Shown here piece after piece: positions 53,557-61,677 of a stretch of DNA of 64,000 nucleotides. Below the pieces are notes generated by a model. That model did not search any database, was not told the origin of the DNA, and saw nothing but the letters and a program-made list of their open reading frames with translations. The position numbers and the translations under genes were made by a program. Source of the DNA: a bacterium (GTDB lineage: Bacteria > Patescibacteriota > Dojkabacteria > JAKAPS01 > JAJZLI01); contig DAHXLB010000032.1 of assembly GCA_027371855.1 (NCBI GenBank), positions 10,844 through 74,843 on the forward strand. The letters are read 5' to 3'. Within the stretch, counting starts at the first letter, position 1; each line of letters starts with the position of its first letter.

Positions 53557-55746
53557 ATGAATCTACCATTTAAGAAACAACAAGGAAACAAAAATAATCA
53601 AGCAGGGGTAGCTAACCAAGAGGTCACTACACAGCCTAGTGATACTCAGACTCCATACACACAGGGAAGCTGGTCTCAAGGGGATTTGCCTCAAGGGGGT
53701 TTGCCTCAAGGAGGCTTACCTCAAGGGATGGGAAGTCTTGATGATCAAACAGCGAAAGATCCGTTGATAGAATTTGGGAATGGAATCAATTCAATTAAAG
53801 ATATTATAGCTCCAGCATCAATTGAAGTAGATTTTTCTCATATTAAAATAGGTGAGAAATACTATAAAACGTATTTTGCAATCGCATATCCAAGATATGT
53901 TGTTCCTAACTGGTTATCGCCATTAATAACATTTGAACACTCTATTGATATAAGTATGTTCTACTATCCTATAAGTTCCAATACCGTTCTTATACAACTA
54001 AGGAGGAAAATTGCTGAAATGGAGGCTACTACAAATACTATGATAGATTCAGGTAAAGTTTTAGACCCTAATTTAAAAGTTGCTCTAGAAGATGCAAAGC
54101 AATTGCAGGATGATCTTGCAAAAGGGTCTGAAAGGTATTTCCATTTTGCTTTGTATGTATCAATAAGAGCAGACACCTTAGAGGAGCTTAATGATATATC
54201 TAAAAATCTTGAGGCTACCTTAGGAGCGATGTCTCTTATTATTAAGCCAGCAACTCTGCAAATGGAAGAAGGTTTCAAATCTACTCTGCCTGAGGGTAGC
54301 GACAAAATGTACTATACGCATAATATGGATACTACATCTATAGCTACAACCTTTCCTTTTGTATCTTCAGAGCTAACATCAGACAGGGGTGTTTTATATG
54401 GTATTAATAAGGCTAATAAGAGTCTTGTGGTTTTTGATAGATTTGATCTTGAAAATGCAAATTCTGTAATTTTTGCAAAGTCTGGAGCAGGTAAAAGTTT
54501 TCTTGTAAAACTTGAAGCTTTAAGATCTCTTATGTTAGGAACCCAGATTATAATAATAGACCCAGAAAGGGAATATGAGACTTTATGTAAGGCAATGAAT
54601 GGATCATATATTTCTTTTTCACAAGATGGAGATTCAAAAATCAATCCATTTGATTTGTCTGGGGTTTATGAAGAAGGAGAAGATGAATTAAGGTTCAAAA
54701 TTCTTTCCTTACATGGACTTTTTAAGGTTATGCTTGGAGGAGAAGAGGGTGGGTTGACTAATATGGAAAATGCTATTTTAGATAAAGCATTAATTTTAAC
54801 ATATAGAGATAAGGGGATAACTTTTGATCCTTCAACGCAGGTAAAGGATCCTCCATTGATGGAAGATTTGTACAAAATCCTTCTTTCAATGGAAGAGGAA
54901 GAGGCTCATTCTTTAGCACAAAGATTAGAGAAATTTGTCAAAGGTTCTGCTTCTGGAATCTTTGATCAACATACAAATGTAGATATAAATAATCAATTTA
55001 TGGTGTTTTCAATAAGAGATTTATCAGATGAATTAAGACCAATAGCCATGTTTTTAATGTTGGACTTCATATGGACAAGAGTTAAAAAAGAACTAAAGAG
55101 AAGATTATTCATAATAGATGAGGCTTGGATATTAATGCAATACCCAGATTCAGCACAATTTGTTTATGCAGTATCAAAAAGAGCAAGGAAGTATTATCTT
55201 GGTCTTACTACTGTATCCCAAGATGTGGATGACTTTTTATCTAATGATTATGGAAAGGCTGTTGTTACAAATTCATCGATACAGATTTTATTAAGACAAT
55301 CTCCTACTGCTATAGACCACCTTTCTGATGTGTTTTATTTATCTGCAGGGGAGAAGAATTTATTGTTGTCTGCAGAAATTGGAGAAGGTATATTTTTTGT
55401 TGGAGCAAACCATGTAGCAATACAAATATATTCTTCAGAGTATGAATATACATTAATAACTACAAATCCAGAAGAAATATTAAAGATGAGAGCAGAAGGG
55501 GCATCATTGGATAGGATAGTTCCAAACACAATAGCAGAAGAAGATAGTAAAACTGTATTAGACGATGATGAAGATGTTAAACCTCAACCTCAAGAGCAAT
55601 CAGAAATATCTCAAAGTAAAGTGTCAGAGCCTCCCAAGGATGTTGAAACTAAAGAGGTATCTGATGAGGATATAGGTAAGGAAACATTAGCTCCAGATAG
55701 TGATGGAGAAAATACACAGGTACAATATAACAGCATTGTTAGTTAG
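53557..55746 (+). CDS. virB4: VirB4/TraC/TrbE-family T4SS ATPase (split VirB4, part 2)
   Basis: APASIEVDFSHIKIGEKYYKTYFAIAYPRYVVPNWLSPL is the VirB4 central-N motif. Walker A VIFAKSGAGKSFLVKLEA, Walker B RRLFIIDEAWILM and ARKYYLGLTTVSQDVDDF are present. LPQGG repeats occur in the N-terminal tail. Confidence 0.85.
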   Translation: MNLPFKKQQGNKNNQAGVANQEVTTQPSDTQTPYTQGSWSQGDLPQGGLPQGGLPQGMGSLDDQTAKDPLIEFGNGINSIKDIIAPASIEVDFSHIKIGEKYYKTYFAIAYPRYVVPNWLSPLITFEHSIDISMFYYPISSNTVLIQLRRKIAEMEATTNTMIDSGKVLDPNLKVALEDAKQLQDDLAKGSERYFHFALYVSIRADTLEELNDISKNLEATLGAMSLIIKPATLQMEEGFKSTLPEGSDKMYYTHNMDTTSIATTFPFVSSELTSDRGVLYGINKANKSLVVFDRFDLENANSVIFAKSGAGKSFLVKLEALRSLMLGTQIIIIDPEREYETLCKAMNGSYISFSQDGDSKINPFDLSGVYEEGEDELRFKILSLHGLFKVMLGGEEGGLTNMENAILDKALILTYRDKGITFDPSTQVKDPPLMEDLYKILLSMEEEEAHSLAQRLEKFVKGSASGIFDQHTNVDINNQFMVFSIRDLSDELRPIAMFLMLDFIWTRVKKELKRRLFIIDEAWILMQYPDSAQFVYAVSKRARKYYLGLTTVSQDVDDFLSNDYGKAVVTNSSIQILLRQSPTAIDHLSDVFYLSAGEKNLLLSAEIGEGIFFVGANHVAIQIYSSEYEYTLITTNPEEILKMRAEGASLDRIVPNTIAEEDSKTVLDDDEDVKPQPQEQSEISQSKVSEPPKDVETKEVSDEDIGKETLAPDSDGENTQVQYNSIVS

Positions 55747-56894
55747 ATTGTCCTTGCTATATAATTTTTAATTATTAAGCTAAATGCTCCAAATATAATA
55801 ATTCCTACGAATATATTGTACAACCCGCCTATTACTGGGATAATACTTATTAAGGATGATATAAATATTCCTGCGAATGCTGATCTGAATCTTATACCTG
55901 CATCCATTCTATATAAATATTTTGTAATGAATGCCCCTAATATTAATCCATTTAACATATATGATAAGAACAATAGTAGCATATAAATTCCCATCAGGAA
56001 TATAGAGATAGGGATTCCTATTATTGTTAGTAATAATATTACTACAACCACAGGCGTTACTATTATCTCTATAAACCCATACCCAAAACTTTTCCATGTT
56101 TTTTCAGTAGTATTTTTTACTACAGATAAAGATAGTTTTGGAAATATCCTTATAAATAATAATACAAATATTATCATAGCAAGGAACATAAGTACTGTCC
56201 TTGCTATGGTAAAGGTAATTTCTCTTTGGTCTTGGTTTGTATAATATCTATATATATGACCTTTGATACTACTTTTATTGACATGGGAGTTTTTATTATC
56301 TGATCCTGTATATGAAAAATATCCTTTTACAGACGATCCTTTGTTTATTTCAACATTATTGGATGATAACTTTAGATTCCCACCAATAATCCCATCTAAG
56401 ATAAAATGCCCAGTATTAACGTATGCATTATGCATTACTTTCCCACCAATGGAGACTTCTCCTCCTAATGCATAGAGGTTGCCATACACAGTAGCATTTT
56501 TTGATATATCTATATTGCCTCCTAAGGAAATCAGGTCTTCTTTAATAATGCCGTTTATAGTAATATTTCCAGAGACAATATAAGCATTATTTAAAACAGT
56601 TCCATTTATTACTGTAGTTCCTGAAAAATCAATAAAATCCTGAAGTATAGTACTATTTATTATAGAATTACTTCCAAAAAATACTGTATCACCTAAAACT
56701 TTATTGTTAACAGAAAGTGAGTTCCCAGCAACATATAAATTACCAGACGATTTTTTATATACATTTACATTTTGGTTATATTGAAGACTTGAGGCATGAG
56801 ATTTTTTAGAAAATAGAAAAGATGCCGAAAAAATACCTGCTGTTACAAATACCAATGCTAATAATACAGAAAATGTTGCTACTTTATTTTTCAT
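55743..56894 (-). CDS. beta-helix-repeat (bactofilin/DUF4097-like) protein with N-terminal anchor and C-terminal multi-TM domain
   Basis: A signal/TM is followed by repetitive G-x-hydrophobic segments (VAGNSLSVNNKVLGDTVFFGSNSIINSTIL...GNITINGIIKEDLISLGGNIDI), then 4-6 TM helices. Confidence 0.45.
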   Translation of the reverse strand: MKNKVATFSVLLALVFVTAGIFSASFLFSKKSHASSLQYNQNVNVYKKSSGNLYVAGNSLSVNNKVLGDTVFFGSNSIINSTILQDFIDFSGTTVINGTVLNNAYIVSGNITINGIIKEDLISLGGNIDISKNATVYGNLYALGGEVSIGGKVMHNAYVNTGHFILDGIIGGNLKLSSNNVEINKGSSVKGYFSYTGSDNKNSHVNKSSIKGHIYRYYTNQDQREITFTIARTVLMFLAMIIFVLLFIRIFPKLSLSVVKNTTEKTWKSFGYGFIEIIVTPVVVVILLLTIIGIPISIFLMGIYMLLLFLSYMLNGLILGAFITKYLYRMDAGIRFRSAFAGIFISSLISIIPVIGGLYNIFVGIIIFGAFSLIIKNYIARTI

Positions 56895-56970
56895 ATATTT
56901 AGAAAAAATTCTACTCTAATTTTGAAAAGATTGCAAATTTTCCTTTTATAAGTGTCTTTTATTTAAATAT

Positions 56971-57021
56971 TTGACATTTTTTATAACTCATCTATAATAG
57001 ACATATTTAACTCATCTATAA
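56971..57021 (+). promoter_or_regulatory. strong sigma70-type promoter (TTGACA-N16-TATAAT) upstream of the second T4SS module, with a 13-bp direct repeat AACTCATCTATAA x2
   Basis: TTGACA at 56971-56976 and TATAAT at 56993-56998. The AACTCATCTATAA repeat occupies 56985-56997 and 57009-57021. The ATG of the first gene is at 57028. Confidence 0.5.
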
Positions 57022-57027
57022 AACATT

Positions 57028-57279
57028 ATGCAAATACCTGGGCTTTCACAATTTGTTTCAAATATAGCTTCTTTACTAGTAACTACTGTAGAGACAGTGT
57101 TGTTAGTTATAGTAATAATACTTGGGATTCAATTTATTTTAAATGCAGATAACCCTCAAGAGAGGTCTAAACTTTTAAGGAGAATAATCTGGATAATGAT
57201 AGGTCTTTTTATTGTTCTTAGTGCTACTAGTTTAACGACGTTTATAAATGGGATTGTTAATTCGGGGACTGTCTATTAA
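57028..57279 (+). CDS. small two-TM hairpin membrane protein (VirB2/TrbC-like pilin candidate)
   Basis: 83 aa with two hydrophobic helices separated by NADNPQERSKLLRR. It is the first gene of the module and overlaps the VirB6-like gene. Confidence 0.35.
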   Translation: MQIPGLSQFVSNIASLLVTTVETVLLVIVIILGIQFILNADNPQERSKLLRRIIWIMIGLFIVLSATSLTTFINGIVNSGTVY

Positions 57280-58168
57280 TTTATTATTTCTTTTTCTACT
57301 AGCATCTCCTATATTTGCTCAAGGTCAAAATATTGGAGGAGGGTGCTCTGGAGAGACATCATATTCTTTTGAAGGAGTAGTTTGTTCCTTAGGCTATATA
57401 ATAGATCAATTTACAGAATATACTCCTAATATTTTAAAACCAGGGGGAGGTGCTTTTGAAGGCGCTGCTATTTCTAACTATAGAAACGGGACTCAGTATC
57501 TTGCAATTTCAATTCTGCCTGTAATAATCCTTGTTTATGTTATACATTTAATTGGAGAAGCAACTGTGGGGAAGACCAATTTATCTCCCTCTGATTTATT
57601 GGGGAGTCTTTTTATTTCTGTTATATTCCTGTTTACATCGATATACTTTTTATCTTTCTTCATAACTTTTATAAATGTTATAGACCAATTCATAGTTGTT
57701 CATATGATAGGAGGGAGCTCAAGTTTATTCTCTACTATTATAAATACCATGGGGGCTCAGTCTCTGCAAATAGGGATATTTTCAGGAATTGTATCAATAA
57801 TACTGTATATACTGCTTATTATAGCCTTATTCATATTTTCCCTGCAGTTTATTATAAGATTCATTATGTTATGGATTTTAATCCTTTTATTCCCTATTTT
57901 TGTTGTTATATCTATATATCCACCCATGAGGGATTTATTACCCAATGCTTTTTCTAAAATAGTACAGCTTTTATTTATTCAACCAGCATTTCTTATTGGA
58001 ATTTCTGTTTTTGTAGTAATAGTGAATAATTATTCCATAGGGAATTTAGAAAGATTAATACTTGGAATTATAGTACTATTTTCTCTTTCATTGGTTCCTC
58101 AATTACTTGGAGGTGTTATTAACGAAAGGATATTTTCTCTGTCATCTAAAATGAAATCTATAATATAA
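57248..58168 (+). CDS. VirB6/TrbL-like polytopic membrane protein
   Basis: Signal peptide (LLFLFLLASPIFAQG) and a Cys-containing ectodomain, followed by at least six TM helices including LILLFPIFVVISIYPPMRDLLPNAFSKIVQLLFIQPAFLIG. Confidence 0.55.
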   Translation: MGLLIRGLSINLLFLFLLASPIFAQGQNIGGGCSGETSYSFEGVVCSLGYIIDQFTEYTPNILKPGGGAFEGAAISNYRNGTQYLAISILPVIILVYVIHLIGEATVGKTNLSPSDLLGSLFISVIFLFTSIYFLSFFITFINVIDQFIVVHMIGGSSSLFSTIINTMGAQSLQIGIFSGIVSIILYILLIIALFIFSLQFIIRFIMLWILILLFPIFVVISIYPPMRDLLPNAFSKIVQLLFIQPAFLIGISVFVVIVNNYSIGNLERLILGIIVLFSLSLVPQLLGGVINERIFSLSSKMKSII

Positions 58169-58569
58169 TGGATAAGGTAAAAGTTTATAAAATAAAAAGC
58201 TTAAGAAATAATTATTTCTATATAACATCTGATATTTTTGTTGTGCTATTTTCAACACCTCCACTATTTGTTTTGATAATATCTTCTCTTGATATACATA
58301 TAAAAATATTCTTAGGTTCTTCTATTGTAGCCCTTTTTTATTTTCTAATAAAACAAAATTTTAGAGGTAGGCCTACATATTTATATATACTGGATCTACT
58401 TAAATATTTATTTAAAAATAAAAAATATATTTTCTTATACAATATTTTTGAAGTAGATTTACAAGAATCACTGATTCCAGAATCAATGATTCCCAAAATC
58501 AAAGTTCAATACTTAAAATTTTTAAATAATAAAATTAGTTTTAAAGGGGCTGGTCCCAAAGAGTCATAA
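58168..58569 (+). CDS. PrgI/VirB3-like small membrane protein
   Basis: 133 aa with two TM helices after a basic N-terminus. GRPTYLYILDLLKYLFKNKKYIF resembles the PrgI C-terminal motif. It sits directly upstream of the split VirB4. Confidence 0.4.
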   Translation: MDKVKVYKIKSLRNNYFYITSDIFVVLFSTPPLFVLIISSLDIHIKIFLGSSIVALFYFLIKQNFRGRPTYLYILDLLKYLFKNKKYIFLYNIFEVDLQESLIPESMIPKIKVQYLKFLNNKISFKGAGPKES

Positions 58570-58573
58570 TAAT

Positions 58574-59137
58574 ATGAAGAGAATTAATGAATTTTACCCA
58601 ATAATTGATGTTGTTGGAGGAACAATAATTCTAAAAGATCATTTTTATATGAGGATAATAGAAATTTTCCCTTTACATTTTGTATTATCAGAGGAAGATG
58701 TAAAGAATGATTTCATAAAAAAGTACAAAGAATTTTTAAAAGGGATACATATACCAATAGATATAACAGTAGTATCTAGGGAAATAGAAGAAAGTGAAGT
58801 TTTGAAATATATAAAAAATATTAAAGGACCTAGGGCCACAGGACCTGGGTCCAAAGGATCTAGATCTAAATCTGGAGAGATAAATTTACAAAAATTATAT
58901 AAAGACAGTTTTAAAATATTTTATAAGCAAAATAAAATTTATTCTCAAAGATTTTTTATAACGTATAAAATAAAATATCCCAGGAAACATTTATTTTTTA
59001 AAAAGGAATTAGACAATATAGACAATTCTTTGAAAATACATGATAAACAAATTTTATTCTTACTTTCTAAAACTCCACTACGTACAAAAATTATAAATAC
59101 AAGAGGAGAAATTATTAATATTTTAAGTTTTATATAA
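58574..59137 (+). CDS. stand-alone VirB4 N-terminal-domain-like protein (split VirB4, part 1, paralogue of 52856..53539)
   Basis: YPIIDVVGGTIILKDHFYMRIIEIFPLHFVLSEEDVKNDFIKKYKEFLKGIHIPIDITVVSREI is clearly alignable with 52856..53539. It contains an in-frame palindromic-repeat insertion (KGPRATGPGSKGSRSKSGE). The stop is 3 bp before the ATPase ORF. Confidence 0.5.
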   Translation: MKRINEFYPIIDVVGGTIILKDHFYMRIIEIFPLHFVLSEEDVKNDFIKKYKEFLKGIHIPIDITVVSREIEESEVLKYIKNIKGPRATGPGSKGSRSKSGEINLQKLYKDSFKIFYKQNKIYSQRFFITYKIKYPRKHLFFKKELDNIDNSLKIHDKQILFLLSKTPLRTKIINTRGEIINILSFI

Positions 59138-59140
59138 ATT

Positions 59141-60766
59141 ATGATTAAAAAGATAAGGGTAAACTTTAAAGGTTCAGAGGATGTTTTATTTCCAAGGTTA
59201 ATAACTGAAAAGCAAAAATATATAAAAATAGATAGTAGGTTTTATAAAATGTATTATCTGCATGACTTTCCTCAAGATGTTACACAATTTTATTTTTCTG
59301 ATTTTCTCAATTTGAATTCAAATATAACAATAAGACAATTTTTACAGCCCATTGATAAAAAAGCCTTACTTCAAGGTATAAAGATGAGGATTGCTGCACT
59401 ATCCACAAAAAGGCATAAAAGGATTTCTTCAGGTAAAATTAGGGATATGTCACTGGATGTTGAGATTTCAAATCTAGAAGATTTTAATTTATCTATTGTA
59501 AATCAAGAAGAAGAGGGAGTATTGTTTGGTATAGTTATTGCTATATCTGAAAATTCACAATCAAAATTAGATATTTCTTGTAAAAATTTTGAACTTTTTG
59601 CTGGATCACGTAGTTTCAAATTTTACCCATTAGATTTAAGGCAAGCAGAAGGTTATAAATCACTACTACATTCATCTTATTCCGATATATCTTTGCCAAC
59701 AATTATTAATCTTAATACAGTAGCAGCATCTACTCTGTTTACATCTAATAACCTTATTGATTTTACAGGAATAATATATGGAATAAATGTTAATACTAAA
59801 TCTATTATAGCTTTTGATATATTTAAATTTGAGAACTATAACGCAGTTGTATTTGCAAAGTCTGGAGCTGGAAAAAGTTTTTTTGCAAAAACTGTTATTC
59901 TGAGGATGGTATCAAAAGGTATAAAAACTATTGTTATAGATCCAGAAGGTGAATATTTGAATCTTGCAAAAAACCTGAATGGAAAGATACTTAAACTGAG
60001 TCATGATTCAATGTTTCATATAAATCCATTTGATTTAACTAAGAATGAGAATGTTGAAGAGAAGATACAATTTTTAAAAGGTTTTTTAAAACGTGCCTGT
60101 AGTTATTATGATAAAAACGAAATAGACAGAGCCCTAATTAAAGTATATAAGGAATATAAAACTCCTACATTTGTTGATTTATATAATATCCTTTTAAAAT
60201 CAAAGGCCCGAGTGGCAGATGAGATATACAATATAGCCTTGGGTACCAATGCTTCCTTGTATGCTCAAAAGACAAATATAAATATATCTTCCAATGACGA
60301 TTTAATTGTTTTTGATATTTCAAATTTAGATAATGAAAACATATCATTGATGATGTACCTTGTTTTAAATTTTATATGGAATATGCAAGATGGAAAAACT
60401 CAAAGAGAGATTTTTATTGATGAGGCACACAGGTTATTTGAAAATATGGATCTGGTTAATTATTTAAAAACAATTTCAAAAAGAGCAAGGAAATATAATT
60501 TTGGAATTTTCTATATAACTCAAGATGTGGAGGATTTTATTGTAACAGAACAAGGAAGGTCAATTATTGCGAATACATCACTTAAGGTATTGTTAAAACA
60601 GGAAAAAATAAACATACCTGGATTGTCACGCTCCTTCTCTCTCTCTGGTGATGAAAAAAATTCTTTATTGAAATTTGATATAGGGGAAGCTTTGATTATA
60701 GCTAAAGATATTCATATAAACAGTAAAATATTTGCATTTGATTTTGAAAAAGATTTTTTCGCATAG
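59141..60766 (+). CDS. virB4: VirB4-family T4SS ATPase (split VirB4, part 2, paralogue)
   Basis: FPRLITEKQKYIKIDSRFYKMYYLHDFPQDVTQFYFSDFL is the VirB4 central-N motif. Walker A VVFAKSGAGKSFFAKTVI, Walker B REIFIDEAHRLF and ARKYNFGIFYITQDVEDF are present. Confidence 0.8.
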   Translation: MIKKIRVNFKGSEDVLFPRLITEKQKYIKIDSRFYKMYYLHDFPQDVTQFYFSDFLNLNSNITIRQFLQPIDKKALLQGIKMRIAALSTKRHKRISSGKIRDMSLDVEISNLEDFNLSIVNQEEEGVLFGIVIAISENSQSKLDISCKNFELFAGSRSFKFYPLDLRQAEGYKSLLHSSYSDISLPTIINLNTVAASTLFTSNNLIDFTGIIYGINVNTKSIIAFDIFKFENYNAVVFAKSGAGKSFFAKTVILRMVSKGIKTIVIDPEGEYLNLAKNLNGKILKLSHDSMFHINPFDLTKNENVEEKIQFLKGFLKRACSYYDKNEIDRALIKVYKEYKTPTFVDLYNILLKSKARVADEIYNIALGTNASLYAQKTNINISSNDDLIVFDISNLDNENISLMMYLVLNFIWNMQDGKTQREIFIDEAHRLFENMDLVNYLKTISKRARKYNFGIFYITQDVEDFIVTEQGRSIIANTSLKVLLKQEKINIPGLSRSFSLSGDEKNSLLKFDIGEALIIAKDIHINSKIFAFDFEKDFFA

Positions 60767-60768
60767 AG

Positions 60769-61566
60769 TTATTTTACAAGCACAGCCTTAACTATGTATC
60801 TTTGAGTTCCAATACCTGGAGGTATACACGTCATAAGAGTAAGGTACTTTTTATTCTTTGATGCTGCTAGTACAGAAAAATCAGTAGGTTGAACTACTCT
60901 TGCTGTAAAGACCTTATACGTATATGTTATTCCTTTAAATTTTAGATAAATTAAATTTCCATTACTTAATTTTAATATGTTTGTGAAAATGCCAAGGAAA
61001 GAGCTGGGATATAAGTCGGCAAACCATTGGGGAGCAGAGTGACCATAGACATAAACATTTCCAGTTTCTCCAGGAAGAGCAGTCCCTTGCATTTGCGCAA
61101 GTGAATTTACAAGAACATGCTCATAGGCTTGTGTATTAAACCCGTCAACATTTGTTTTTACTGGGACATTATTAAGGTTTATAGTAGGAATGGAAAGGTA
61201 AAAATATCCTTTATAGCTTGAATCATTCTTTAGAGTTTGACTATTGATTATTTTTGTAAAATATGAGGATGATGGGTCTGCGTTTACTATAGCACTCTGA
61301 TATTTATGAAGAAGGTTTGTGTCTATATAATATTTAATAAGTGGAGATGCAGCTATAAACACAAAAAATCCTCCTATAACTATTAAAAATATAGATCCAT
61401 AATTAAATCGCAATTTTCTCTTCTGGAAGAGCCTTTTCTTTTTAAATCCTATCTTTGGCATTCTGAAGTATCTAGATACAAGATTCGTTTGGCCAAAAGG
61501 CATTTTAACCCTAAAAATTAAATTTTTTCTGGAGTGGATTTCTTTTACGTACATGTACTTTGCCAT
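60769..61566 (-). CDS. sortase-family transpeptidase
   Basis: N-terminal TM (IFLIVIGGFFVFIAA), a His region (NVYVYGHSAP), the catalytic TLMTC motif and a downstream conserved Arg (QRYIVKAVL). Confidence 0.7.
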   Translation of the reverse strand: MAKYMYVKEIHSRKNLIFRVKMPFGQTNLVSRYFRMPKIGFKKKRLFQKRKLRFNYGSIFLIVIGGFFVFIAASPLIKYYIDTNLLHKYQSAIVNADPSSSYFTKIINSQTLKNDSSYKGYFYLSIPTINLNNVPVKTNVDGFNTQAYEHVLVNSLAQMQGTALPGETGNVYVYGHSAPQWFADLYPSSFLGIFTNILKLSNGNLIYLKFKGITYTYKVFTARVVQPTDFSVLAASKNKKYLTLMTCIPPGIGTQRYIVKAVLVK

Positions 61567-61659
61567 AGGTGTTATTATATCATGAATATATGATATGCCT
61601 TATAAAACAAGAGGTAAAGGGCTTCGGGTGTATGCAGACTATCAGATTATTAACTTATA

Positions 61660-61668
61660 TGCTAAAAT
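61660..61668 (+). promoter_or_regulatory. extended -10 element (TGCTAAAAT) upstream of dnaJ
   Basis: TATGCTAAAATATTTTCGCCATG, with a TGn-extended -10 ending 9 bp before the ATG. No convincing -35 element. Confidence 0.35.
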
Positions 61669-61677
61669 ATTTTCGCC

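Noticed and set aside
53964-54875. Three antisense ORFs (53964..54305, 54312..54644, 54666..54875) inside VirB4-1
   Set aside because: All are on the opposite strand of a gene with unambiguous Walker A/B motifs. They are S/P-rich translation artefacts.
51077-61566. Possibility that the T4SS region is an integrative conjugative element
   Set aside because: No integrase, relaxase, VirD4 coupling protein, tRNA target or flanking direct repeats are visible. The region is bordered by housekeeping genes (galU, dnaJ). This remains open and needs whole-genome context.
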